From: the human T2T-CHM13v2.0 reference genome, Homo sapiens
Length of the DNA: 64,000 nt
Direction: 5' to 3' (one strand)
NCBI RefSeq assembly: GCF_009914755.1
Contig: NC_060928.1
Below are positions 13,049-28,700 of this stretch, piece by piece; within the stretch, counting starts at the first letter, position 1; each line of letters opens with the position of its first letter. The position numbers and the translations under genes were made by a program. The notes beneath the pieces are model-generated. The model did not search any database. It was not told the origin of the DNA and worked only from the letters and a program-made list of their open reading frames with translations.

Positions 13049-13813
13049 GCGTGAGCCACTGGCCCGACCTATAATGCATTCCTGACATTCCTACCATTAG
13101 GTGGTTGGGAGCGTGTCACTTTATCTGAAAAAAGGAGTGAAACCTTGCTACTGCCTTGGATGATAGCTTATGGTGGAAGTTTTGCTATATGACTTCAGAG
13201 GCTAGATTATAAAAGGTGATGTGCTTCACCTAGTTCTGTGGGAATGTCTCTCTTTAGAGCCAGCTATTATGCAGTTTGAAAACCTGAGCCATTTTGTGCA
13301 GGGGTCCAACTGGATAGGAACCTACAGCCAACACCAACTTGCAAGATGTGAGTGCACTATCCTAGAAGTGGATCCTTTAGCCCCATCTGAACTGCCTTAG
13401 CTGATACCAAGTGAAGCAGAGACAAGTTTTCCCCACTGAGCTTTATCCAGATTGCAGATTCATGAGCAAAATAAATGATTGTTGTTGTATCAAGCTACTT
13501 ATTTATGGGGTGATTTTTTTTATACAGCATCAGTAACCAGGACAGATTTTGGTTGTTTCATAACAAAAATTGGCTTTGTGACTAAATGATGAGAAAAAGA
13601 CAATGTTAGTGAAATTCCAAGGCCTTCAAGCAGCAGCCTAAGAAAACCTAGAAGGCTGCCAATGAAGCCTCTAATGTAATGAAATTGGAACCTGCAGCAA
13701 AGGGAACTTTTGTAACTGTGAGATGTGTGACCACACTGGCATCTGAGGTAATGAGAAAAACAGGAAATTTGTCAAATTTATCAAACTACTAAATGAACTC
13801 CATATCAGTTCAT

Positions 13814-14440
13814 CAAGAGTCAGCAAGCTTTTTCTTGACGGGCTGGATAGTACATATTTTGAGCTTGGAGATCACAGGGCTTCTGTTACAACTTCTGAAC
13901 TATGCCACTGTAGTGTGAAAAAGCTATAGAAAATAAATAAATTGGCATGAATATGTTATAATAAAACTTTTTTACAAGAATGGATACAACTATGGTTTAG
14001 ATATGACTTGTTTGTCCCTGGGAAAACTCATGTTGAAATTTTATGCCCAGTGTGGCAGTATTGGCAGGTGGATCCTAGTAAGGGGTGTTTGTGTTATGGG
14101 GGCAGATCCCTTATGAGTAAATAGCTGGGTGCTGTTCTCTTGGTAGCTAGTAAGTTCTTGCTCTTGGGAATGGGTTGTTGTAAAGCCAGGATACCCCTCA
14201 GGTTTTCTCCTTTTTGCATGATTCCACTTCCCCTTTGATCTTACCCACCCTATTGTGACACAGCACAAAAGCCCTCACCAAAAGCCAAAGCCATGCCCTT
14301 GAACTTCTCAGCCTGTAGAACTACGAAATAAATAAACCTCTTTTCCTTATAAATTACCCAGTCTTAGGTATTCTTTCATAGCAACACAAAACAAACTCTG
14401 ACAGACACTGTCCCACAGAGCATGGTCTGCTGATTCACCA
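13814..14440 (+). mobile_element. MER58A-like hAT element split by an MSTB LTR
   Basis: CAAGAGTCAGCAAGCTTTTTCT...TGCCACTGTAGTGTGAAA...AATAAAACTTT, resuming after 14408 as CCCACAGAGCATGGTCTGCTGA. Confidence 0.7.
13988..14403 (+). mobile_element. MSTB/MSTB1-like MaLR solo LTR
   Basis: CTATGGTTTAGATATG...CTCATGTTGAAATT...ATGGGGGCAGATCCCT...AATAAACCTCTTTTCCTTATAAATTACCCAGTC...GACA; near-TSD GATAC/GACAC. Confidence 0.85.
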
Positions 14441-14722
14441 TATAGCTAAAGAGATTTCCAGGCGGAATATTGAAAGGGCCACTTGATATATTCTTGTCGT
14501 TGATGATAAAACTCAAAAAGAGAGAGAGGAATCAAAGATGAAATGTATAGGAACCAAGACTTGCTAGATTTGGAAAGAAAACTGTTCCTTATTCCCTGTC
14601 TCTCCAGATGGCAGAAGATTCTCAAAGTAACAAAATTTTTAGGGAAAAGATCAAATCCAGTGCAGTAATTTAAGAGCTATTGTTAAGATCTCAGGAAGAT
14701 GACAGTTTATAGAAACTTTCTC

Positions 14723-15071
<349 letters not shown>

Positions 15072-16421
15072 TGAATTCATGAGCTACAGAGTATTATTTT
15101 AAGGAAGCAGTACTTGACCCTGATCAAGAAAGTGACAACATGTACTGAGATGGTTTTCAGAATTGATATTGACCACTGACTGATGTCTGTGACCTATTCC
15201 CTGCTTCCCTCCTTTTGAATCTGTCCAAAGCAGTTAATTATGTCTTTTTCACTAGCACTTGCTGGATATGTGCGGGGAGGGGGGGCGTATACCTTGTTTC
15301 TTTAGTTCATATAGCTTTATATTGAAAGGAACCATGTTAAGAATATAAAACAATCCATCTTGTCTGCATTGGTATCTGGTTTAGATGACAAGATCCTGGA
15401 CTTCAAAATTCAGACTGATGAGGTAATGGATGAGACATTTGAGGGTTTTAGAAGGAGGTAAGTGTATTTTAGATGGAAAAAGAATATAAGTAATATATGG
15501 CCAGAGGGTGAACTGTGGCACTTTTAAAACACAGCCCCCAAATTATTCTACACTTGTTCCATTAAGGTACAGGTTCTACAGCCCATTCCAAAATCTTTGT
15601 AATTGCTTTACTAATCCATTACAGCAGAAGAAATATTGAGCCAGTTCCTGAGCCTGGACTTAATAGCCTGCAGCTTCCACTTCTATTTTCTCTTTCAATG
15701 CTTACCCTTAGAACCCAACTACTCTGCTGCAAGGAACCAAGCACCCATGTGGACTGGCCATGTATGATGTGTTATGGACCATAGCCTCTGATGAGGTTCC
15801 CGTCTCTATCCAGAAACAATTTCCAGACGTGTAAATAAGCAATACCCCCAGGCATTGAGTTATCTTCTATTAATGCTTTCATGTTATCTGAGCCATTGCT
15901 GCATTAAGCAGATACATGCTGCACCCTTGGAGCCTTGCCCAAATTGCAAATTTGTGAGCAAAATAAATGATTGTTTTTGTTTTCAGTCATTAAGTTTGAG
16001 ATGGTTCATCACTTAGGGATAGACAACTGGAACAAAGTTTTTTGCTCATTTTTAAATTTTTTTTAAATAGTTTGTAGAAGTCTTCTCTATATTCAAGATA
16101 CAAGACTTTGTCAGATATAGGCACTGAAAATATTTCTTACCAGTCTATGACTTGCCTTTTCCTGTACTTAATGATTAGTTTTCTCTAGCAGGAGTTTTAG
16201 TTTTGATGTAATATGACTTACTTTTTTTCTTTTATGGTTACTGATTTCTGTTCCATTTTTGAATGACACTGCACCTACTCGAAGTTGATGAAGCATTTTT
16301 ATGTTTTTTTTCAAGAGGTTTAGAAATTTTTGCTTTTAAATTTAGGTCTGTAATCAATCTGAATTTTTTTTTCAGTATGGTGTACAATAAGTGTTGAAAT
16401 CTGTATTTTTCTATATGTTAG

Positions 16422-16798
<377 letters not shown>

Positions 16799-19099
16799 AC
16801 TTATAACTCTCCCTTCTGTTCCACTAATCACTTTGTCTGTTTTTCATGCTTGCATGATTAATACAGACTTACAGAAAGTATTGAAATCAGGTAGTGAAGT
16901 TCTTCCAATTTGGTCCTTAGTTTTAAAAATTGTTTTGCTTATTCAAGATCCTTTGCTTTTCCATACTAACTTAAAATCAACTGTTAAATTTTTACAAAAC
17001 AGCCTATTAGAATATTGATTGGTGTTAAGTTAAATCTATAGATCAAGCATGGAACTCTTACCTTAATAATAGTTTTCCAATCTCCAACCATAGTTCCTCT
17101 CTCCATTTTTCTCCAGCTGAAAATCAACATTTTTCTCTTATTCTCAATCTTAGGGGAAACACATACATTAGTTTACTATTAAGTATAATTTGCTATAGGT
17201 TTCTTTTTGTAAATGCTTTCTGTCAGGTTGAGGAAATGTATTTTGGTTTCAGGTTTGATTAATGTGTGTTACTGCATTTATTGAGATATGTTTTCCTTTA
17301 TTCTCTTAACATGGTAAATTACACTGGTGATTCATGCCTATTAAACAAACCTTGCATGCTGGGATAAACCCTACTTGCTCATAATAAATATTCCCATCTA
17401 TATATTGCTGAATTATATTTACTACTGTTAAGAATTTTTGTCACTATGTGTATGAGGGGTAATGGACTCTATTTTTTTAATACCTCTAGCATCTTTGTCA
17501 AGTTTTGATAACAGGGCTAAGTAGGTCTCATAAAACAGTTTTGGATATGTTTCCCCTTCCTATGTTTTCCAAAAGAGTTTGTATACATTTGTTATTATTT
17601 CTTTCTTAAGTGTTTGGTAGAAAATACCAGTGAACCCATCTGAATCTAGATTTTATTTAGGGGAATATTATTTTTTATAATAAATAAAATTGATCTCTTT
17701 AATAGGTATATAAAACTCTTTACATTTTCTATTTCTTGTCAGTCTTGAAAGGTGCTTTTTGATGAATTTGTTCATCTATGTTGTTGAATTTCTTGACCTA
17801 AGATCTTCCTAACATTTTTTTGTTATCTACTTAGTATCTATAGGATCTGTAGGGATAAGCTGTCTTTCATTCCTACTACTGCTAATTTGTTGTGTGCACA
17901 TTTCCCCTCTTGATTAATCCCACTAGTGTGTTTTCAAATTTATTTATCATTTCAAATAACTAATTTTAAACTTTGTTAACTTTATTTTTTCTTATTCATA
18001 TTTCATTAATTCATTCTCTTTATTACTTTTTTCTCTTTCCTTTTGGTTTTATCCACTCTTTCTTTTCTCACTTCTTAAGATGAACACTCATTACACTGAT
18101 TTTAAATCTTCCTTATTTTCTAAAACCACGTACTACATATTTTGATATATTGTATTTTATTATTATCCAATTCACAATATTATTACATCTTTTGTGATTT
18201 CTTCTTTCACTTATGGGTCATTTAGAAGTGTGTTACTTAATTTTGAAATAATCATGAGGGGTGTTAGATATAGTACTGAATTTTAATAATTTTATTACTT
18301 AATTTTAGTTTAATTTTTCCAAGAACATATTCTGAATGATTTTATTCTTTTAAAATTATTGATACTTACTTTATGGCCCAACATATGATTTAATTTGGTG
18401 ATCAGTATATGTGTATTTAAACATAATGTGTGTTCTGCCATTTTGGGGCAAAGTATTGTTCTCTAAATGTCAAATAATTCAAGGTAATTGATAATGTGGT
18501 CATGTTTTCTGTGTCCTTCCTGATATATTAATATTTTCTTGTTCTAGTAATTGATGAGAATTATTAAAATCTTCATCTATGATTGTGGATCTATCTAAAT
18601 TTCTCTTTAAGTTTTTGTGTGTATATAGGATTGTAATGTCTGCATGAATAATTGATCATTTTATTATTATGCAACATTCTTATTTATGGTAAACTTTTTC
18701 TCTTTAATTTATTTTGGCTAATATTTACATAGACTTTCCAGTTTTTGCATGTTTATGGATTGTATAGTATATCATTTTTCATCTTTTCATTTTTAGTATA
18801 CTTGTATTTTAAATTTACAATGCATCTCTTCCATACATTTTACTTATTTTTTTTAATTTAACCATTCTTGAAAATTTTAGTAACTCAGTAAAACAAATAC
18901 TGTTATACGTACTTTTATAAAGTGGGGAACTGATGTAAAGAAAATTTAAAAATCTGGCCTACTCCTCAAACTATGGTCTTCTAGCTTACAACATTGTATT
19001 ATCTGAACAAGATAACATAAACCATTTGATTTATCAAAACTGAATTTGACCCAAAACAATAAATATAGCATAGGTTAGTTAAACGTGTCGTGATCTATT

Positions 19100-20420
19100 T
19101 GCCTGATATCTTCAGCTTCAGTTGCAAATCTTACTATAATCATAGGAAGATATAACAATTATATCTAACCTCAATCTATCTTCTGAGCTCCATTTTATAT
19201 TTACAATAACTTTTTAGAAATTTTTGTTTAGATAAACTGTAGGCAACGCAAATAAATAATTCTATTTTTTCATCTCACTTTGTCCATAAGATCTGTCTTT
19301 TTTTATTCAGCATTTTGGTTAATTAAACCATTAAAACTTCACTGATCAAGTCATCTTTTACTTTTTGTTTCTTATTTATTACTCCTATCTAATAAGTCAA
19401 CCAGTTTGCTTTTCTTTCCTTCTATTTAAGATAGTTCTTTAACACATTCCTGCTTCTCCAGTTAGACTTCATCTTCTCAGTTGTAAAGTATTGCAAGAGT
19501 GTCTTAATTGGTCTCCTACATCCAGCCGTTTTCTCCACCAAAATCACAGTGACAATCAGAATCATTCAACAATATTCAACCAAATCTGTAAATCTTTTTG
19601 TAGCTATGCCGAAAAAAGAGAAAAACAGTTCATGATTTCTACGCTTTATGGTTTGCAGGATAAAGGATCTCTATTTAACACATTTTCTTTATCCAGTCAT
19701 CTGTTGACAGACATTTAGGTTGCTTCCAAATATTGGCTATTGTAAATAATGCTGCAACAAACATGAGAGTGCAGGTGTCTCTTCGATATACTGATTTTCT
19801 TTCGTTTGGGTATATACCCAATAATGAGATTGACGGATTGTATGGTAGCTCCATTTTTTGTTTTTTTGAGGAACCTCCAAACTGTTCTCCACAGTGGTTG
19901 TACTAATTTTATAGCAGAACAGGGTGACCATAGCCAATAACAACTTAATTGTACATTTAAAAATAACTAAAAGATTGTAAATAGTTGTTTGTAACACAAA
20001 GGATAAATGCTTGAGGGGATGAATACCTCATTCTCCATGACGTGATTATTTTACATTGCATGCCTCTACCAAAACATCTCATGTACCCAATATATATTAT
20101 ATGCCTATTTTATACCCACAAAAATTAAAAATGAAAAAAGTAAAGATCTCTAAATTTAGCAGATATCAATTCTCTTTGCAATGGCATTTATTACACTTTC
20201 ATGCATTTACGCTTTCTACTAACTGAGGTATTTTCTCTCTACTCTCTGCTTGGCCATGACCTTCTATCTATCTCTCTGTCTTCCTGTCTGTCTATCTATC
20301 TATCTATTCTTTGAGTCTCAATATAAATGTGACTTTCTTGTCAAAACTTCCTTAACTCCTCAGCCCGAGGCAGTTAGATGCTCCCTCCTCACTACGATTG
20401 TTCTCTATCCTTACATGATA
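19100..20420 (+). mobile_element. Degraded L2 fragments flanking the L1MA insertion
   Basis: L2-like pyrimidine-rich motifs (CTATCTTCTGAGCTCC, TCTTAATTGGTCTCC, AAATGTGACTTTCTTG) on both sides of 19678-20140. Confidence 0.45.
19678..20140 (+). mobile_element. 5'-truncated, 5'-inverted (twin-primed) L1MA-type element
   Basis: ~19678-19910 is antisense L1 ORF2-end/3'UTR; ~19911-20140 is sense L1MA 3' end with tail. Degenerate TSD TAAAGGATCTCTA / TAAAGATCTCTA. Confidence 0.85.
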
Positions 20421-22649
20421 GATGCTTAAAAAATTTTTTATCGTTATTTTGTTCTATTTTAACATTGCAAACTGTGGCTTATGATATTGAATGTCAGATA
20501 CATTAATAACTATCACCATAATAATATAAAACAAAATTTACTTTTTATATAGGTATTTATGTGATCTGCTGTATATTTACTGGTAGAAGGGTCAGGTGGG
20601 CCACACCATGCACTCGACTAATTTTATGGTTTCCACTGAATAAATAAATCTAGATTAATTTTTGGAGTGAATCTATGTCTATACCATCTGAAACAAATAA
20701 TGTGCTAAAAAGCAGCAGTGTACAAGTTACCTCACAGCAATTTGTTTTAATCTCACCTATACACTGTAACATTTTTGATGTCTTCAACTATACTATGAAT
20801 TATGTGAGAGAAGAAATCATCATTTTTTATTCATCTCTCTATTTTTCATATCACCTGGCACAGTTACTATCCCATAGTAGGCTCTCAGAAATGGTCTTAT
20901 AAATAGAGATTTTCAAAATCCCATAACTATGGAAGCCAAGACTAAAACAGCTACATGCTATAAAACTATAAAAGGATAATGTGTTTCATTTAATAGTTTA
21001 TTTTAGAGATGGGCCACTGAGTTCAGTAGACATGGTGGCATGAAGGGATTTGGTAAATACGAGAGTTCAATGCAAAGAACCTCATTAAATGTTTAATCAA
21101 AATTTCATGATTTGTGCAGGGAATTGAGAAAGTACCCTGAGAAGTCATAAAAATTAATTTGGAGGGGAATTAAAAAATAGAGACTCATAGTGCTGTGTAA
21201 GTGGTTTTGTGTGCTATAAAGCTCTCTAAATGTGTTTATGAGCTGAGCATCCTGTCCTGAGCTCATGAAATAGGAAACAAAACATCAGTCTTGGCATCTC
21301 CTGATATTTGAGATGCTTGGAATTATTATCTCATACTCTTGGCTGTCTCAAAGGAAACAAAACAGAAATGTATGTTTGGGTCAGGCTTTAATTTTCCAGA
21401 CTGAAAAATTAAATCACTGTCTACCCAGACACAAGTCTTGTCTTATTTTTCTTTGATCAGAAGTTTGTTCTTCTGGGACTAGATGAAAGTAATGGGCAGT
21501 ATGGGACGGTGCTATCTCAAGAGTATTTGAGCACTTGCTCCACATTTATCCTCTCCTTCTCTGTATCAGCTTAAGTTCATGGTAGAGATGATTGTTTAAA
21601 TTTCTCTAACTTGGTTTCCTTATGTATTAATAGTGAGTAAAAAATAATGATGTATTAAGTGAGATATATAAATATAATGTCTGTGACTGCAAGTGAAAAT
21701 TACAAAGTATACTGTGAAAAATCATAACGAACACAGAAGACTTACTCCAAAAAACTGGATACATGAATGTGAATGTAAAATAAATAGCAACATAATGTTA
21801 AAGCTTTAGTGTTTAAATGTTAAAAAGTCATATTTAAAATAAGTATTTGCATAACTGAAATGACTTATTGTACACAGTTTTGATAATATAATCATTTTCA
21901 AAAGTTGACATATAAATGCTAAAGAACCATTAGCAATAGACAAGTCTTTTAAAAATGGTTTAAAATTTGTTCTGTGATGACCAAAAGATTTTCCACCTTT
22001 TCAACTACAAAAATGTAGGGGAAGAGAAAATATATTTTAATATTTTGATTAGAGTTATGTTCAATGTAGTGCACATTACAAATCTGAGTTTATATCCAAT
22101 GTACACTTCTCAATAAAAAAATAGATATTTCTACATATCAATCATTATATTCTATAGCTTTCATAGTAGCAAAAAAAGGAGATGATTATTTTTTCATTAT
22201 TAGCAAAGGACACTGGGCTTTGGGTAATGGGGATCTAAATCAAGGTAATTGATAATAGTTGAGAGTAGCTGAAATTACACATAAGAAAAAATGCGCTTAT
22301 AAGCAGTGTCCTTAGAACCCACTAACTATCCAGAAATAAAACAATTTACTGTGTTAATAAAAGAGAGAAATTCAAAAGGCTGCAGGAAACTGGAGACCAA
22401 GGGTAATTGAGAATCTTCTGAATTCTTCAGCAGCATCCAGGAAACATGTTCTAGAAAGTGTCCTCAGATTGAAGACCACTAATGTAAACATCAAGCTATA
22501 GAAGGAGAAAGTGAGATATTTTTATCCTAACTTTTCAATGCGCAGGCTGGAGTAAATAATAAAGGAGAAAAACTCAGAGGACTGAGAAAGCAGTCAAAAT
22601 TGGAATTAAGAAGTTGTTCAGAAGAAGGCAGTCCAAAAGAGAAATAGAA

Positions 22650-22860
22650 TATACACTGTTCCTTGACAGGATATCAGGTTGTTATACACATACTTTCAAA
22701 TCCTTCTAAACAAACCCAGAAAATCTGGTCTATTTTCTCCATTTTACTGATGAAGATATTGAGATTCAGAGAGTTTTAGTAACTTCCCCAATGCTAGGTG
22801 ACTAGTGAGTGGCAGAGTTAGAATTCAAGCCCACACATGTCTGGTTCCAAAGCACATTGC
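22650..22860 (-). mobile_element. MIR SINE
   Basis: CCATTTTACTGATGAAGATATTGAGATTCAGAGAG...GTGAGTGGCAGAGTTAGAATTCAAGCCC. Confidence 0.78.
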
Positions 22861-24602
22861 AGGTGTAAAGTGATTGTTTGTACAGTAAAAAATCTTGGTT
22901 CTTGCGAAAGAACCAATATTTCATAATCTATATAATAATCAGAAAAAAAAATCTGCTTTTATCCTGATATTAAAAAATTTGCTGTGGTGGCTGGTGATTC
23001 CCGTCCTAAAACATTCAGAGGGAGCCACCTAACATGGACTTTTATAATGTAGTTAACTTTACTATATTAAAGAGATAATGGAAAGAAAAATTACACAACT
23101 CAAACTCCTTGATCACTCCTTGCTTTCCCTGATATACAAAGCTTCATATAAATGAGAGTGCTTAAGAAATCAGAAGCATATTTAATGACTTCAAAATTAG
23201 GGCGGATAATAAAATACTTCTGGGATCATGGCAGCCAGAAGGCAGGACTAGATTGCAGCTCTGGACAAAGCAGCATGCAGAGGATTACGTTGTGAATTTT
23301 AGCTCCAGTAATCACAAGAGTACCCACAGACCCTCTGAAGGAAGCAGACTTCTCCTGCAGGACCTGGGAGACACCCCAAATACTGTGAGTGCCCCAACAA
23401 GTGCAGAAGTGGGAAAGGGAGACCCTCCTTTTCTGAACACACACCCCCACTGGAGAAGATGAAGGTCTGTTTGCAGGAGAAGTTTCTGACTTCACCTGGT
23501 GCTTAGTCAAATTAGAGAGCTCACCGAAATACAGGGGTAGAGGAAGCAGCAGAAAGGCCCCGGGAGCTCACTGGGTCTCCAAGCGCCCATTCCTGCCTGG
23601 CACCACAGGGATCCATCGGGAGGGCAGCCAGAGGAGCAGGGGGTAAAACTCCACAGGGAGAAGGAATTCTGTAGCTGAATTTTGTAACAATTTGAACAGG
23701 GGCAAGAAGCCTCCTAGCCAGAACTCAAGGGAGGACATGAATTAGGTGTGCAGACTTCACAGGCAGGGAAGAATTAAAGCTCTTTTTTCTTGCAACTGAG
23801 AGGCAGATAGCCTCGGGCAAATTTTCAAGCCCGTTTCACCCTCTACCTGGAAACAGGCTGTTGGTGGGGGGCACGGTGGGAGTGAGACCAGCTTTTCAGT
23901 TTGCATGGGAGCTGGGTGAGGCTGTGACTGCTGGCTTTCCCCAACTTCTCTGAAAACCTGCATGACTCAGCAGAGGCAGCCATAATTCTCCTAGGTACAT
24001 AACTCCAGTGACCTGGGAATCTCAACCCATCACCCACAGTAGCCGCAGCAATACCAGCCCAAGGAGTGTCTGAGCTTAGACACACCTAGTCACACCCCCA
24101 CCTTATGGTCCTTCCCTGTCCACCCTGGTAGTGGAAGAAAAAGGACATATAATCTTGGGACTTCTAGGGCCCTGCCCACTGCCAGTCTCTCTCCACACTA
24201 CTACTACAGCTGATGCTTTCTGGAAAGCGCCGCCTCCTGCAGGAGGCCAACCAGCACAAAAATACAGCATTAAACCACCAAAGCTAAGGACCCTCATAGA
24301 GTCCATTACACCCTCTGCCACCTCCACTGGAACAGGCACTGGTATCCACGGCTGAGAGACTCATAGATGGTTCACATCACAAGACTCTGCGGAGACAACC
24401 CCCAGTACCAGCCCAGTGCTGGGTAGACTTGCTGAGTGGCTAGACCCAGAAGAGAGACAATAATCACTGCAGTTTGGCTCACAGGAAGCCACATCCATAG
24501 GAAAAGGGGGAGAGTACTATATCAAGGGAACACCCCATGAGACAAAAGAATTGGAACAACAGTCTTCACCTCTAGACCTTCCCTCTGACAGAGCCTACCC
24601 AA

Positions 24603-25626
24603 ATGAGAAGGAACCAGAAAACCAACACTGGTAATATGAAAAAACAAGGCTCTTCAACACCCCCAAAAATTCACACTAGTTCACCGGCAATGGATCCAAA
24701 TCAAGAAGAAATCTCTGATTTATCTGAAAAGGAATTCAGGAGGTTAGTTATTTAGCGAATCAGGGAGGGACCAGAGAAAGGTGAAGCTGAATGCAAGGAA
24801 ATCCAAAAAGTGATACAAAAAGAGAAAATAAGAAATATTCATGGAAGTAGACAGCTTAAAGGGAAAACAATCAAAAATTCAGGAAACTTTGGACACACTT
24901 TTAGAAATGCAAAATGCTCTGGAAAGTCTCAGCAATAGAATTGAACAAGTAGAAAAAAGAAATTCAGAGCTTAAAAAACAAGGTTTTTGAATTAACCCAA
25001 TCCAACAAAGACAAAGAAAAAAGAATAAGAAAATATGAACAAAGCCTCCAAGAAGTCTGGGATTATGTTAAATAACCAAGCCTAAGAATAATCAGTGTAC
25101 CTGAGGCAGAGGAGAATTCTCAAAGCCTGGAAGATATATTTGGGGGAATAACCAAGGAAATCTTCCCCAGCCTTGTGAGAGACCTAAACAGTCAAATATA
25201 AGAAGCACAAAGAACACTTGGGAAATTAATCACAAAAAGGTCTTCACCTAGGGACATTGTCATCAGGTTATCCAAAGTCAAGATTAAGGAAAGGATCTTA
25301 GGAGCTGTGAGAGAGAAACACCAGGTGAACTATAAAGGAAAACCTATCAGATTAACAGCAGATTTCTCAGCAGAAACCCTACAAGCTAGAAGGGATTGGG
25401 AACCTATCTTCAGCCTCCTCAAACAAAACAATTATCAGCCAAGAATTTTGTCTCCAGTGAAACTAAACATCATATATGAAGGAAAGACACAGTTGTTTTC
25501 AGATAAACAAATGCTGAGAGAATTCGCCATTACCAAACCACCACTACAAGAACTGCTAAAAGGAGCTCTCTAAGTCTTGAAACAAATCCTGGTAACACAT
25601 CAAAACAGAACCTCTTTAAAGCATAA
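24603..25626 (+). pseudogene. L1 ORF1p remnant (disrupted)
   Basis: ATGAGAAGGAACCAG start. ORF-track 25307-25573 KGKPIRLTADFSAETLQARRDW is the ORF1p C-terminal domain. The longest open piece is only 88 aa. Confidence 0.88.
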
Positions 25627-25701
25627 ATCACACAGGACATATAAAACAAAAATAAAAGTTTAGAAGCAAAACAAAAAGAAACCAAACAGGCAACAAACAG
25701 C

Positions 25702-28700
25702 ATGATGAAAGCAACAGTACCTCACATTTCAATACTAACATTGAATGTAAATGGCCTAAATACTCCACTTAAAAGATATAGAACTACAGAATGGATAAAA
25801 ACTCACCAACCAAGTATCTTCTGCCTTCAGGAGACTCACCTAGCACATAAAGACTCACAAGAACTTAAAGTAAAGGAGTGGAAAAAGGCATTTCAGGCAA
25901 ATGGACATCAAAAACAAGCAGGGGTAGCTATTCTTATATTAGACAAAAGAAACTTTAAAGTAACAGTGGTTAAAAGAGACAAAGAGGGCCAGTATATAAT
26001 GGTAAAGGGCCTTGTCCAACAAGAAAATATCACAATCCTAAACATATATGCACCTAACACTGGAGCTCCTAAATTTATAAAACATATTTACTAATAGGCC
26101 TAAGAAATGAGATAGACAGCAACACAATAATAGTGCGGGCCTTCAATACTCCACTGACAGCACTGGACAGGTCATCAAGATAGACAGTCAACAAAGAAAC
26201 AATGGATTTAAACTATACCTTGGAACAAATGGACTTAACAGATATATGCAGAACGTTACATTCAACAACCACAGAATACACATTCTATTCAACAGCGCAT
26301 AGAACTTTCTCCAAGAGAGACCATATGTAGGCCATAAAATGAGCCTCCATAAATTTAAGAAAATTGAAATTATTTCAAGCACTATCTCAGACCACAGTGG
26401 AATAAAACTGGAAATCAACTCCAAAAAGAACTTTCAAAACCACTCAAATACATGGAAATTAAATAAACAGCTCTTGAGTGAGCATTGGGTCAAGAACAAA
26501 ATCAAGGTGGAAATTAAAAAATTCTTTGAACTGAATGACAATAATGACACAACCTATCAAAACATCTGGGATACAGCAAATGCCGTGCTAAGAGGAAATC
26601 TCATAGCCTCAAATGACTACATCGAAAAGTCTGAAAGAGAACAAACAGACAATCTAAGGTCACACCTCATGGAACTAGAGAAAAAAGAACAAACCAAACC
26701 GAAACCCAGCAGAAGAAAGGAAATAACCAAGATCACAGCAGAACTAAATGAAATTGAAATAACAACAACAACAACAACAAAAATATAATAGATAAATGAA
26801 ACAAAAAGCTGGTTCTTTGAAAAGATAAATAAAATTGATAGACCATTAGCAAGACTAACCAAGAAAAGAAGAGAGAAAATCCAAATAACCTCACTAAGAA
26901 ATAAAACACGAAATGTTACAACTGACACTAATGAAATACAAAAGATCATTCAAGGCTACTATGAACACCTTTTTCACATAAACTGGAAAACCTAGAAAAG
27001 ATGGATAAGTTCCTGGAAAAATATAACCTTTCTAGCTTAAATCAGGAAGAATTAGATACCCTGAACAGACCAATAACAAGCAGCAAGATGTAAATAAATA
27101 TTACCAACAAAAAAAGTCCAGTAACAGGCAGAATCACAGCAGAATCCTACCAGACATTCAAAGAAGAATTGGTACCAATCCTTTTAACACTATTTCAAAA
27201 GATAGAGAAAGAAGGAACCCTTCCTAACTCATTTTATGAATTTTACATCATTCTAATACAAAAACCAGGAAAGAACATAACAAAAAAAGAAAACCATAGA
27301 CCGACATCCTTGATGGTAAAATCCTTAACAAAATACTAGCTAACCGAATCCAGCAACATATCAAAAAGATAATCCACCATGATCATTTAATACAAGGGAT
27401 GCAGGGATAGTTTAACATATGCAAGTCAATAAATGTGATACACCACATAAACAGAATTAAAAACAAAATCACATGATCATCTCAATAGATGCAGAAAAAG
27501 CATCTGACAAAATCCAGCATCGCTTTATGATTAAAACTCTCAGCAAAAATCGGCATACAAGGGATATACCTTAATGTAATAAAAGCCATCTATGACAAAC
27601 CCACAGCCAATGTAATACTGAATAGGGAAAAGTTGAAAGCATTCCCTCTAAGAACCGGAACAAGACAAGGATGCCCACTCTTACCACTCCTCTTCGACAT
27701 AGACTGGAAGTCCTAGCCAAAGCAATCAAAAAGGAGAAAGAAATAAAGGGCATCTAAATCGGTAAGGAGGAAGTCAAACTATCACTGTTTGCTAACAATA
27801 TGATTGTTTACCTTGAAAACCCTAAGGACTCCTCCAGAAAGCTCCTAGAACTGATAAAAGAATTCAGCAAAGTTTCCAGATTAATGTACACAAATCAGTA
27901 GTTCTTCTATACACCAGCAGCGACTAAACAAAGAATCAAATCAAGAACTCAACTCCTTTTACAATAGCTGCAAAAATAAAAATAAAAATAAAAATACTTA
28001 GGAATATACCTAACAAAGGAGTTGAAAGACCTCTGCAAGGAAAAGTAGAAAACACTGCTGAAAGAAATCATAGACAACACAAACAAATGGAAACACATCC
28101 CATGCTCATGGATGGGTAGAATCAATATTGTAAAAATAACCAACTGCCAAAAGCAATCTATAAATTCAACACAATCCCCATCAGAATACCATCACCATTC
28201 TTCATGGAATTAGAAAAAACAATTCTAAAATTCATATGAAACCAAAAAAAAGCCCACATAGCCAAATCAAGAACAAATCTGGAGGCATCACACGACCTAA
28301 TTTCAAACTATACTATAAGGCCATAGTCACTGAAACAGCATGTTACTGGTATAAAAGTAGGCATGCAGACAATGGAACAAAATAGGGAACCCAGAAATAA
28401 ACCCTAATACTTATAGCCAATGAATCTTCAACAAAGCAAACAAAAACATAAAATGGGGAGTGGACACCCTTTTCAACAAAAGGTGAATTGGCTAACCACA
28501 TGTAGGAGAATGAACTGGATCCCCATCTCTCACCTTATACAAAAATAAACTCAAGATGGATTAAGGACTTAAACCTAAGACCTGAAACTATAAAAATTCT
28601 AGAAGATAACATTGGAAAAACCATTCTAGACATTGGCTTAGGCAAGAATTTCATGACCAAGAACCCAAAACCAAATGCAATTAAAAAAAATAAATAAATA

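Noticed and set aside
24103-24339. Antisense 78-aa ORF in the L1PB 5'UTR as an ORF0 analogue
   Set aside because: It starts at GTG, has no resemblance I can recognise to L1PA ORF0, and an ORF of this length is expected by chance in GC-richer sequence.
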